Shown: piece after piece, positions 54,260-62,540 of the stretch
Numbering within the stretch: the stretch's first letter is position 1
How the letters are laid out: every line of letters begins with the position of its first letter
NCBI GenBank assembly: GCA_964647255.1
Contig: CAZYGI010000005.1
Span: 624-64,623, forward strand
Reading direction: 5' to 3'
Length of the DNA: 64,000 bases
Origin: an uncultured Anaerolineales bacterium
GTDB taxonomy: Bacteria; Chloroflexota; Anaerolineae; CG2-30-64-16
Notes under the pieces: model-generated
What the model saw: the letters and a program-made list of their open reading frames with translations, nothing else
Told to the model about the DNA's origin: nothing
Databases searched by the model: none
Translations under genes and position numbers: made by a program

Positions 54260-55633
54260 ATGCCAAAACCCACACCCCCGTTCGTCTCGGGCGCACTGCC
54301 CACGCTAGGGCATGCCCTTGAGTTCCGTGAGGATCGGACCGCGCTGATACGCCGCGGGTTTGAGGAACACGGCAACATCTTTGCAATCAAGCTGGCCAAC
54401 CAGAACGTCGCCATTCTGATCGGCCCGGAGAACCAGAAGGTCTTCTTCATGGAGACCGACAAGGCGCTGGGGATCCAGGCCCCTTACCGCTTCCTGCGCG
54501 CGATGTTCGGTGAGGTGCTCTTCCTGGCGCCGCACGACGTCTATCTGGAGCACCGCACGGTGACGCTGGAGGCGTTCCGCCGCGAGAAGATGCTGCATTA
54601 CAGCGACGTGATGCAGGAGGTGGTGCAGCGCTGGCTTGATTCCCTCGGCGAGTCCGGCGAGATCGAGCTGATCAAAGAGATCACCCACCTGGTGCAGGAG
54701 GTGGCCGGCAACTGCTTCCTGGGCCCCGAGGTGCACCGCCAATTGGGCCGCGAGTTCTGGGATCACTACACCGACCTGGCGGCCGGGCTCGACCCGCTGC
54801 TGCCGCCCGACCTGCCGCTGCCCAAGTTCGCCCGCCGCGACCGGGCCAAGGCCGGGCTGCAGGCCGTCATCGGCCCGGTGATCACCGAGCGCCGCGCCAA
54901 CCCCGACCGCTACGACGACTTCCTGCAAGACCTGGTCAACAAGCGGATGCCCGACGGCAGCCTGGCCGACGAGGAGCTGATCGTCAACCTGCTGGTCGGC
55001 CTGATGTTCGCCGGCCACGAGACGACCGCGGGGCAGGCCGCCTGGACGCTGATCCTGCTGCTGCAAAACCCGGACACCCTGCGGGTGGTGCAGGAGGAGA
55101 TCGCGCGGGTGGCGCCCTACGGCACGCACATTGACGCCCAGCGTTTAGCGCAGCTCGAGTATATCGGCTGGGCGGTGCGCGAGGTGGAGCGCATGCGGCC
55201 GTCGGTTGACCTGCTGATGCGCACCGTGGAGCAGGATCTGGAGGTCGGCGACTACCTGCTGCCGAAAGGCTGGCTGGCCCAGGTGGCGCAGGACATCGGT
55301 CACAACCTGCCCGGGCTCTTCGAGGATCCGGAGCGCTTCGACCCGCTGCGTTACGCACCCGGCCGTGCCGAGGACCGGCAGCACCGCTTCGCGCTGATCG
55401 GCTTCGGCGGGGGCACCCACAAGTGCATCGGCATGAACTTCGCCAACAACGAGATGACCATCATCACCGCGCTGCTGTTTGGGCAGTTCGATGTCGAACT
55501 GGTGACGAAGCACCCGCAGGTCCACCGCGGGCTGGGCGCCAGCCGGCCGACCGCAACCGTGATCCGTTATCGCCGCAAGCCCCAGGCTGAGACGCTGTCT
55601 GCTGCCGCGACGCAGAGGGAGATTTCGTTATGA
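54260..55633 (+). CDS. cytochrome P450, CYP51-like
   Basis: Heme loop FGGGTHKCIGMNFA, ExxR (EVERMR), I-helix FAGHETTAG. Collinear with mycobacterial CYP51 as I remember it (PFVSG..GH..EFR...). Confidence 0.85.
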   Translation: MPKPTPPFVSGALPTLGHALEFREDRTALIRRGFEEHGNIFAIKLANQNVAILIGPENQKVFFMETDKALGIQAPYRFLRAMFGEVLFLAPHDVYLEHRTVTLEAFRREKMLHYSDVMQEVVQRWLDSLGESGEIELIKEITHLVQEVAGNCFLGPEVHRQLGREFWDHYTDLAAGLDPLLPPDLPLPKFARRDRAKAGLQAVIGPVITERRANPDRYDDFLQDLVNKRMPDGSLADEELIVNLLVGLMFAGHETTAGQAAWTLILLLQNPDTLRVVQEEIARVAPYGTHIDAQRLAQLEYIGWAVREVERMRPSVDLLMRTVEQDLEVGDYLLPKGWLAQVAQDIGHNLPGLFEDPERFDPLRYAPGRAEDRQHRFALIGFGGGTHKCIGMNFANNEMTIITALLFGQFDVELVTKHPQVHRGLGASRPTATVIRYRRKPQAETLSAAATQREISL

Positions 55634-56547
55634 GCAAATCAGCGAAAACACTGTTTATCGGCGGTGCGCTGGTCGGGACGGCGGCCGGTCTCCTGTGGCA
55701 GCGGACGCGCGCCCAGCGCCGCCTCGCGGAGACGACCGATCCGGGCAACCGCTTCCTGCGGCAATACGGGCCGTGGGCGCTGGTCACCGGCGCGGCGCGG
55801 GCCGAGGGGCTGGGTTACAGCTTCGCCCGCCACCTCGCCGGCCGCAACTTCAACCTGGTGCTGGTTGATATCCGCGGCGATGCACTGGCCGAGCGGGCCG
55901 CGGAGCTCCGGGCCAAATACCTGGTGAAGGTGCGGCCGATCGTCCTCGACCTGGGCCGAGAGGATTTCCTGGCCGAGCTGCTGCCGCAGACCGCGGACAT
56001 CACGGTGGGCATGGTGGTGTGCAACCACATGGCCACGCCCAAAGAGACGCCCACGATCATGGAGATGGACCTGGCGACGCATCACGCGCTGCTGAACATC
56101 AACGCCCGCGCATACACGTCGCTGATCCATGCTTACGGCCGGCCAATGGTTGCCCGCGGCCGCGGGGGCATCGTGATCATCAGCTCGGGCGCGGGCTTGC
56201 AGACGGCGCCGTACACGGGGGCCTATTCGGCCAACAAAGCCTACCAGCGCGCGCTGGGCGAGGCGCTCTGGTACGAGCTCCGCGAGAGCGGGGTGGATGT
56301 GTTGGTGGCCGCGCCCGGCCTGATGGACACCCAGGGCGACGGCCTGGCCGGCTACCCGCAGTGGATGATTACCCCAGCCGAGCCGGTGGCCGTGGAAATC
56401 CTGGGCGCGCTGTCGCGGGGCCCGCTGGTCATCCCCGGCCCGGTCAACAAGCTGATGATGTTCGTGCAGACGCGACTGCTGCCGCGGCGGCTGGCCGTGG
56501 AGGCCACCGGCCGCTTCATGGCCGCGGGCCTGGGCAAAGACCAGTAA
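55630..56547 (+). CDS. short-chain dehydrogenase/reductase
   Basis: ALVTGAARAEGLG (TGxxxGxG-like), catalytic YSANKAY. ATGA overlap with the P450 gene. Confidence 0.85.
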   Translation: MSKSAKTLFIGGALVGTAAGLLWQRTRAQRRLAETTDPGNRFLRQYGPWALVTGAARAEGLGYSFARHLAGRNFNLVLVDIRGDALAERAAELRAKYLVKVRPIVLDLGREDFLAELLPQTADITVGMVVCNHMATPKETPTIMEMDLATHHALLNINARAYTSLIHAYGRPMVARGRGGIVIISSGAGLQTAPYTGAYSANKAYQRALGEALWYELRESGVDVLVAAPGLMDTQGDGLAGYPQWMITPAEPVAVEILGALSRGPLVIPGPVNKLMMFVQTRLLPRRLAVEATGRFMAAGLGKDQ

Positions 56548-56550
56548 CGC

Positions 56551-56607
56551 GCAGTGACGACTTCAGTCATGATGTCACAATCGGTGAGCGACTGAAGTCG
56601 TCACTAC
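56551..56607. repeat. inverted pair of REP-like elements (GTAG-headed hairpin family)
   Basis: AGTGACGACTTCAGTC (56553-56568) and GACTGAAGTCGTCACT (56590-56605) are perfect 16-nt complements. rc of 56588-56607 is GTAGTGACGACTTCAGTCGC. Confidence 0.8.
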
Positions 56608-56814
56608 AAATGCGCGTATTTACTTCGTGGCCTGTTCCAACAGCGCCTGGATGCCAGGGGCCATGCCGGCGTGGCGTGCCGGCCACGAGCGTGCCAGAAT
56701 TCATCCAGATTCCCCGCACACCCATTCCCAGCCAAAACTTGACGTGCTCAGAAATGAGTGGTACCCTGCTGATACGATAATTCCTATAGAATTACTATAC
56801 TTTAGGGCAGTACG

Positions 56815-57294
56815 ATGAAACTCTCCAAACGCGGCGAATACGGCCTACGGGCCATGGTGGATCTGGCGGGGCAAATGACGCCCGGCGGCGTGGTGCCCTT
56901 GAAGGCCATCGCGCAGCGCGAACAGATCCCGGCCAAGTTTCTAGAGCAGATCTTGCTGGCGTTGAAAAACGCCGGACTATTGGGCAGCAAGATGGGCATC
57001 GGAGGCGGTTATCACCTGGCCCGGCCGGCCGATCAGATCACCCTGGGCCAGATCGTACGCGTGCTCGACGGCCCGCTGGCGCCGATCCGCTGCGTGAGCA
57101 AGATGGCCTATGAGCCGTGCGCCTGCCCGGACGAGGCGACGTGCGGCCTGCGGCTGGTGATGCTCGACGTGCGCAACGCGATCAGCGACATCCTGGATCA
57201 CACGACGCTGGCCGACACCGCGCGCCGCGTAGAGCAGGCCCGCAGCATCCTCCCATCGGAACCGATTGAGTCCGAGGCTGGGAATAGGTCATAG
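56815..57294 (+). CDS. Rrf2 family transcriptional regulator (Cys-cluster type)
   Basis: MKLSKRGEYGLRAMVDLA wHTH; CVSKMAYEPCACPDEATC cysteine cluster. Confidence 0.88.
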   Translation: MKLSKRGEYGLRAMVDLAGQMTPGGVVPLKAIAQREQIPAKFLEQILLALKNAGLLGSKMGIGGGYHLARPADQITLGQIVRVLDGPLAPIRCVSKMAYEPCACPDEATCGLRLVMLDVRNAISDILDHTTLADTARRVEQARSILPSEPIESEAGNRS

Positions 57295-57336
57295 CTAAGC
57301 GTTTCCCATCATCCGAAGATACACACGTATCGCACT

Positions 57337-57372
57337 TTTTGTATACAAAATCCTAGTATTTCACTAGGATTT
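57337..57372. promoter_or_regulatory. two overlapping AT-rich palindromes (operator candidates) upstream of pstS
   Basis: TTTTGTATACAAAA (57337-57350) and AAATCCTAGT atttc ACTAGGATTT (57348-57372). Confidence 0.4.
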
Positions 57373-57399
57373 ATATGAGTTCAACTCGGAGGTTCTGCC

Positions 57400-58368
57400 A
57401 TGTTTAGACAACACCGATTGGCCGCCCTGCTAGGCGTACTCGCTCTCATTCTTCCGCTACTGGGCGGGTGCGGCGGGCAGCCTGCTGCGTCGAGCGGCGA
57501 ATTGAAGGGCACGATCACAGTTTCCGGCGCGTTTGCGCTCTACCCGATGATGGTGCGTTGGGGCGAGGAGTTCGGCAAGCTGCACCCCGGCGTCCAGTTC
57601 GACATCTCGGCGGGCGGCGCGGGCAAGGGGATGACCGATGCGCTGAACGGCGCCGTCGAGATCGGCATGGTCTCCCGCGCGATCACGCCCGAGGAAGAGG
57701 GCAAGGGCGCGTTCTGGGTGGCGGTCACCAAGGATGCCGTCTTCGGCGCGGTCAACGAGAAGAACCCGGTGCTTGCCGATCTCCGGGCCAAGGGCCTCAG
57801 CAAGGAGACGCTGATCGGCATCTACATTACCGGCAGCGTCACCACCTGGGGCCAGGCAGTGGGCCGCCCCGAGATCACCGACCAGATCCACGTCTACACC
57901 CGCTCCGATTCGGCGGGCGCGGCGGAAAGCTGGGCAAAGTACCTGGGCAATAAAAAGCAGGAGGATCTCAAGGGCATCGGCGTCTCCAGCGATCCCGGCA
58001 TCATGGATGCGGTGATTAAGGATCCGCTGGGCATCGGCTATAATAACCTCAACTACGCGTTCGATGCCAAGACGGGCCAGCCGGTGGCGGGGTCGTTCGT
58101 CCTGCCGCTCGATGCCAACGGCGACGGCGTGGCCGGCGAGGACGAACTGCTGCTGACCAAGGCCGCCGCGGTCCAGGCCGTGGCGGGCGGCAAGTATCCC
58201 TCCCCGCCCGCGCGGCTGCTCTATCTGGTCACCAAGGGCAAACCGGCCGGGCTGACCGAGACCTTCATCAAGTGGATCCTGGCCGATGGGCAGAAGCTCG
58301 TGGGCGAGGTCGGCTACGTGCCGCTGACCCCGGAGCAGGTGGAAACGAGCAACGCCAGGCTGCAGTAG
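57400..58368 (+). CDS. pstS: phosphate ABC transporter substrate-binding lipoprotein
   Basis: Lipobox LLGGC; PBP_like_2 pattern TVSGAFALYPM, SAGGAGKG, TRSDSAGA. Operon with pstCAB. Confidence 0.8.
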   Translation: MFRQHRLAALLGVLALILPLLGGCGGQPAASSGELKGTITVSGAFALYPMMVRWGEEFGKLHPGVQFDISAGGAGKGMTDALNGAVEIGMVSRAITPEEEGKGAFWVAVTKDAVFGAVNEKNPVLADLRAKGLSKETLIGIYITGSVTTWGQAVGRPEITDQIHVYTRSDSAGAAESWAKYLGNKKQEDLKGIGVSSDPGIMDAVIKDPLGIGYNNLNYAFDAKTGQPVAGSFVLPLDANGDGVAGEDELLLTKAAAVQAVAGGKYPSPPARLLYLVTKGKPAGLTETFIKWILADGQKLVGEVGYVPLTPEQVETSNARLQ

Positions 58369-58498
58369 AAACCCGACGCAGACCACGCAGATCTGCCTGA
58401 TAGACTTTGTATATCATTTTCGGATTGCTGCCCACCACCTCGTCGCTGAAAATGCGCTGGATGGTGGTAGTACCTCGCCACCAAGAATTTGAGGGGGC

Positions 58499-58600
58499 GT
58501 AGTGGCGACTTTAGTCGCTTTTGGGTCGGCGACGAACGACTGAAGTCGTTACTACTATCCATCAAGACCAACGTGGCGACGTAGTAGCGACTTCAGTCGC
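58499..58600. repeat. three REP-like elements (GTAG + imperfect palindrome) in the pstS-pstC spacer
   Basis: GTAGTGGCGACTTTAGTCGC (58499-58518, +), rc of 58535-58555 GTAGTAACGACTTCAGTCGTT (-), GTAGTAGCGACTTCAGTCGC (58581-58600, +). Confidence 0.8.
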
Positions 58601-58618
58601 ATTTTTGGGGAGAACCTC

Positions 58619-59596
58619 ATGGCCACACAAGCCGCATCTGGGCCGCGGGCGGTTTCCGCCCGCGCTGCGACACGCTGGCGGCGGAGCCTGGACCGCGCCG
58701 CGAGCCGGTTCTTCCTCCTGCTGACTGCGCTGCCGGCGGCGCTTCTGGTTGCGATGCTGATCGCCCTGGTGGTGCGCACCTGGCCGATCCTGGAGAGCAA
58801 CTCGCTCGGTGCGCTGCTGGCCGGGCGGACCTGGCAGCCGTGGCAGAAGCTCTTTGGCTTCTATCCCTTCATCGCCGGCACCTTCTGGGTGACGTTCCTC
58901 GCCCTGTTGATCGCGGCCCCGCCCTCGCTGCTCATCGCGATCTATCTGATCGAATACGCGCGGCCGCGGACGCGCAACACGATGCGGCTGCTGCTCGACG
59001 TGCTGGCAGGCATCCCGTCCGTCATTTACGGAGTGTGGGGCGTGATCGCCATCGTGCCGCTGGTCGGGAAGGTGCTGGAACCGGCGTTGAGCCGGATGCT
59101 GGGGTTCCTCCCGCTCTTCGCGGCCACGAACCCGACGGGGTACAGCCTGATCGCGGGCAGCATCGTACTGGCGGTGATGGTCACGCCGGTGATCATCGCG
59201 GTCACCTGCGAGGTGTTGGAGGCGGTGCCGAACGGACTGCGCGAAGCGGCGTTGGCGATCGGCTGCACCCGCTGGCAGGCGGTCAAGCACGTCGTGCTGC
59301 GCCGCGCTGCGCCGGGCGTGATCGCCGGCATCGTGCTGGGCTTCTCCCGCGCGTTCGGCGAGACGATGGCCGTGCTGATGGTGGTAGGCAATGTGCCGGC
59401 CGCGCCGACCTCGATCTTCGACGCCGCCTACCCGCTGACCGCGCTGATCGCCAACAACTTCGGCGAGATGATGTCCATCCCGCTGTACGATGCCGCGCTG
59501 ATGGGCGCCGCGCTGATTCTGCTGGTGGTTGTCCTGGCGTTCAACATCGCCGCGGCGCTCTTCCTGCGCCAGGTGGTCAGGAGGACCGGACTATGA
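58619..59596 (+). CDS. pstC: phosphate ABC transporter permease
   Basis: Six-TM permease with EAA-like loop EVLEAVPNGLREAALAIGCTRWQ. Confidence 0.88.
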   Translation: MATQAASGPRAVSARAATRWRRSLDRAASRFFLLLTALPAALLVAMLIALVVRTWPILESNSLGALLAGRTWQPWQKLFGFYPFIAGTFWVTFLALLIAAPPSLLIAIYLIEYARPRTRNTMRLLLDVLAGIPSVIYGVWGVIAIVPLVGKVLEPALSRMLGFLPLFAATNPTGYSLIAGSIVLAVMVTPVIIAVTCEVLEAVPNGLREAALAIGCTRWQAVKHVVLRRAAPGVIAGIVLGFSRAFGETMAVLMVVGNVPAAPTSIFDAAYPLTALIANNFGEMMSIPLYDAALMGAALILLVVVLAFNIAAALFLRQVVRRTGL

Positions 59597-60441
59597 GCAG
59601 AAAACACCTCGAAGAAGGCTGTTTCCTGGCGCTGATGCGTGCGTCATTCGTGTTAGTGATCGGCAGCCTACTGTTGATCCTGGCGACCGTCGTGATTCGC
59701 GGGCTGCCCGCGCTGAACTGGCAGATGATCTCGCAAACCCCGAAGGGCGGCTTCTACCTGGGCAAGGAGGGCGGCATCCTTAACGCCATCCTCGGCTCGC
59801 TCTACCTGGCCGGCGGGGGCACGCTCCTGGCGCTCCTGCTGGCGCTGCCCATCGTGCTCTTCCTGAACGTCTATGCGCGAGGGGCGCGCTGGGCGGAGGT
59901 CGTGCGGCTGGCGCTGGACGTGATGTGGGGAGTGCCGTCCATCGTGTACGGCGCGTTCGGCTTCACCCTGATGCTGCTGGTGGGGCTGCGCGCCTCGCTC
60001 CTGGCCGGCATCCTTGTGCTGGCGCTGCTGGAGCTGCCGATCATGGCGCGGGCGATGGACGAGGTGCTCAAGATGATCCCGCACGACCTCAAGGAGGTCT
60101 CGTTTGCGTTGGGCGCGACGCGCTTCGAGGTGGCCTTCAAGGTGCTCGTGCGCCAGGCGCTGCCCGGCGCCGTCACCGGTGCGCTGCTGGCCTTCGGCCG
60201 CGGGATCGGCGACGCCGCTTCGGTGCTCTTCACCGCGGGGTACACCGACCGGCTGCCCACCTCGCTGCTGCGGCCAACTGCGTCGCTGCCGCTGGCGGTC
60301 TTCTTCCAGTTGAGCACGCCCTACCCCGAGGTGCGGCAGCGCGGCTATGCTGCGGCGCTGATCCTGACCCTCATCATCCTGGCCGTCAGCCTGGGTTCGC
60401 GCTGGCTGGCGAGCAGGCTGTCGAAGAATGTGGTGAAGTAG
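59593..60441 (+). CDS. pstA: phosphate ABC transporter permease
   Basis: MSRKHLEEG...; EAA loop DEVLKMIPHDLKEVSFALGATRFE. ATGA overlap with pstC. Only the C-terminal part of track ORF 58840..60441 is real. Confidence 0.88.
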   Translation: MSRKHLEEGCFLALMRASFVLVIGSLLLILATVVIRGLPALNWQMISQTPKGGFYLGKEGGILNAILGSLYLAGGGTLLALLLALPIVLFLNVYARGARWAEVVRLALDVMWGVPSIVYGAFGFTLMLLVGLRASLLAGILVLALLELPIMARAMDEVLKMIPHDLKEVSFALGATRFEVAFKVLVRQALPGAVTGALLAFGRGIGDAASVLFTAGYTDRLPTSLLRPTASLPLAVFFQLSTPYPEVRQRGYAAALILTLIILAVSLGSRWLASRLSKNVVK

Positions 60442-61209
60442 ATGGCTGAGAGACAAACCGGCGTACATTTCTCGGTGCGCAACTTGAACGTGAGCTACGG
60501 CAAGCAGCCGGCGCTGCGCGACATCAACGTAGACATCCCGCGCGGGCAGATCACGGTGATCCTGGGTCCATCGGGCTGCGGCAAGACCACCCTGCTGAAG
60601 AGCCTGAACCGCCTGCTGGACATCACCGAGGGGGTGCGCGTGACGGGCCAGGTGCTGCTTGACGGCGAAGATGTCTACGCCCCCGGCGTGGACGTGACGG
60701 AGGTTCGCAAGCGCGCCGGCCTGCTGTCGCAGCGTCCTTCTCCGCTGCCCATGTCCATCTACGACAACGTCGCCTTCGGCCCGCGCGTCCACGGCACGGC
60801 CCGAGGTCGCGATCTGGACGCGCAGGTGCGGCACTATCTGGAGCTCGCCGGGCTGTGGGATGAGGTGAAGGATCGGCTGCACGCGCCGGCGACGCGGCTC
60901 TCCATCGGCCAGCAGCAGCGGCTCTGCCTGGCGCGCGGCCTGGCCGTGGAGCCGGAGGTGATCCTGGGCGATGAGCCGACCTCGGCGCTTGACCCCATCT
61001 CCGCGCAGCATATCGAGCACCGGCTGCTCGATTTGAAGGGACAATACACCGTCGTGTTGGTGACGCATATCCTGCGCCAGGCGAAGCGCCTGGCCGACCA
61101 CGTGGTGTTCATGTATCTGGGCGACCTGGTCGAAGCCGGGCCAGCCAAAGAGATCTTCGCCAACCCGCGAGAAGAACGCACGCGCGCCTATTTGAGCGGG
61201 GAGTTTTAA
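60442..61209 (+). CDS. pstB: phosphate ABC transporter ATP-binding protein
   Basis: Walker [10 protein letters not shown], signature LSIGQQQR, Walker B VILGDEP. Confidence 0.93.
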   Translation: MAERQTGVHFSVRNLNVSYGKQPALRDINVDIPRGQITVILGPSGCGKTTLLKSLNRLLDITEGVRVTGQVLLDGEDVYAPGVDVTEVRKRAGLLSQRPSPLPMSIYDNVAFGPRVHGTARGRDLDAQVRHYLELAGLWDEVKDRLHAPATRLSIGQQQRLCLARGLAVEPEVILGDEPTSALDPISAQHIEHRLLDLKGQYTVVLVTHILRQAKRLADHVVFMYLGDLVEAGPAKEIFANPREERTRAYLSGEF

Positions 61210-61253
61210 CGTTGGAACGTTTAGGCGGCTAACCGCGCAGCAAGGGAGTTAAC

Positions 61254-62438
61254 ATGCCATCCATCCACACGATCGCCGTCCACGCGGGCGAGCAGGCCCA
61301 GCGGCCGCTGTTCACGCCGGTCGCCACGCCGATCTACCACGCGTCCAGCTACGTCTACGACGACATGGAGATGCTGGACGCGACCTTTGCCGGGACCTTC
61401 GACGGCCCGATGTACACCCGCTACGGCAACCCAACCGTGTCAGCGCTGGAGGCGGCGGTGGCCGCGCTGGAGGGGGGCGAGGCGGCGCTGGCCTACGGCT
61501 CCGGCATGGCGGCGATCCATGCCGCGCTGCTCGCCGCGGGCGCGCGGGCGGGGACCGCAGTGGTGGCAGCCCAGGACTGCTACGGCGCGACCTACGCGCT
61601 GCTGAGCAAGCTGCTGGCGAGCCAGGGCGTGGCCACGCACTTTGTGGACACCGCCGACCTTGGCGCCGTGCGCGCGACCCTGGCGGCTGCCCGCCCGGCC
61701 GCGCTGCTCGTCGAGACGATCTCGAACCCGCTGCTCAAGCTGGCCGATCTGCCGGCGCTGGCGGAGCTGGCGCACGGTGCGGGCGCGGCGCTCATCGTTG
61801 ACAACACGTTCGCCTCACCCTACCTCTGCCGGCCGCTGGCGCTCGGCACGGACTATGTGGTGCACTCCGCAACGAAGTACCTGGGCGGGCACGGCGATGT
61901 GCTGGGGGGCGTCATCGTGACCAGTGCGGCGCGGCGGCGGGAGCTGAACGAGATCAACAAGCTGATCGGTGCGAACCTGGGGCCGCAGGAGGCGTGGCTG
62001 GTGCTGCGCGGGCTCAAGACGCTGCCGCTGCGCGTCCAGCGCCAGTGCGAGAACGCCCGCCGCGTGGCCGAGTGGCTGGCCGGCCATCCGCGGGTGAGCC
62101 GCGTCAACTATCCCGGCCTGGCGTCGCACCCGCAGCATGGCCTCGCGGCGCGGCTGCTGGAGCGGGGGGAGTTCGGCGCGATGATCAGCTTCGATATCCG
62201 CGACGCGGACCGACCGGCCGTCTTCCGCTTCATGGAGGCGCTGCGGCTGGTGCTGCCCGCCACCACGCTCGGCGACGTCTACAGTCTGGTGCTTTACCCG
62301 GCGCACTCCTCGCACCGCGCGCTCGACCCGGCGCTGCGCCGGCGCCTCGGCATCGGCGACGGCCTGGTGCGGCTGTCGGTAGGGATCGAGGATCCCGCGG
62401 ATATCATCGCGGATTTAGGGCAGGCGTTAGCACGTTGA
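61254..62438 (+). CDS. Cys/Met-metabolism PLP enzyme (cystathionine gamma-synthase / gamma-lyase / O-acylhomoserine sulfhydrylase family)
   Basis: PLP-lysine motif HSATKYLGGHGD; YTRYGNPT; C-terminal VRLSVGIED. Confidence 0.85.
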   Translation: MPSIHTIAVHAGEQAQRPLFTPVATPIYHASSYVYDDMEMLDATFAGTFDGPMYTRYGNPTVSALEAAVAALEGGEAALAYGSGMAAIHAALLAAGARAGTAVVAAQDCYGATYALLSKLLASQGVATHFVDTADLGAVRATLAAARPAALLVETISNPLLKLADLPALAELAHGAGAALIVDNTFASPYLCRPLALGTDYVVHSATKYLGGHGDVLGGVIVTSAARRRELNEINKLIGANLGPQEAWLVLRGLKTLPLRVQRQCENARRVAEWLAGHPRVSRVNYPGLASHPQHGLAARLLERGEFGAMISFDIRDADRPAVFRFMEALRLVLPATTLGDVYSLVLYPAHSSHRALDPALRRRLGIGDGLVRLSVGIEDPADIIADLGQALAR

Positions 62439-62535
62439 CAGGTTGACAGGTTAGCACGTTGAAACGTGCGAACGTGCAAACGTGCGAACGTGCAAACGTG
62501 CGAACGTACAAACCTGCAAACGTGCCGACCTGCCG
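62426..62535 (+). repeat. word-repeat spacer: GTTAGCACGTTGA(C/A) duplicated, then octamer NNAACGTG x ~9
   Basis: gaaacgtg cgaacgtg caaacgtg cgaacgtg caaacgtg cgaacgta caaacctg caaacgtg ccgacctg. Lies between convergent genes. Confidence 0.9.
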
Positions 62536-62540
62536 CCGCA

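Noticed and set aside
56640-56720. Possible attR (repeat of the tRNA-Lys 3' end) downstream of the accessory block
   Set aside because: The best match is only a 7-mer (GATTCCC). There is no extended direct repeat and no integrase gene.
58840-59592. N-terminal half of track ORF 58840..60441
   Set aside because: It is an out-of-frame overlap with pstC and is Arg/Gly-rich. Only the part from ATG 59593 (pstA, ATGA-coupled to the pstC stop) is credible.
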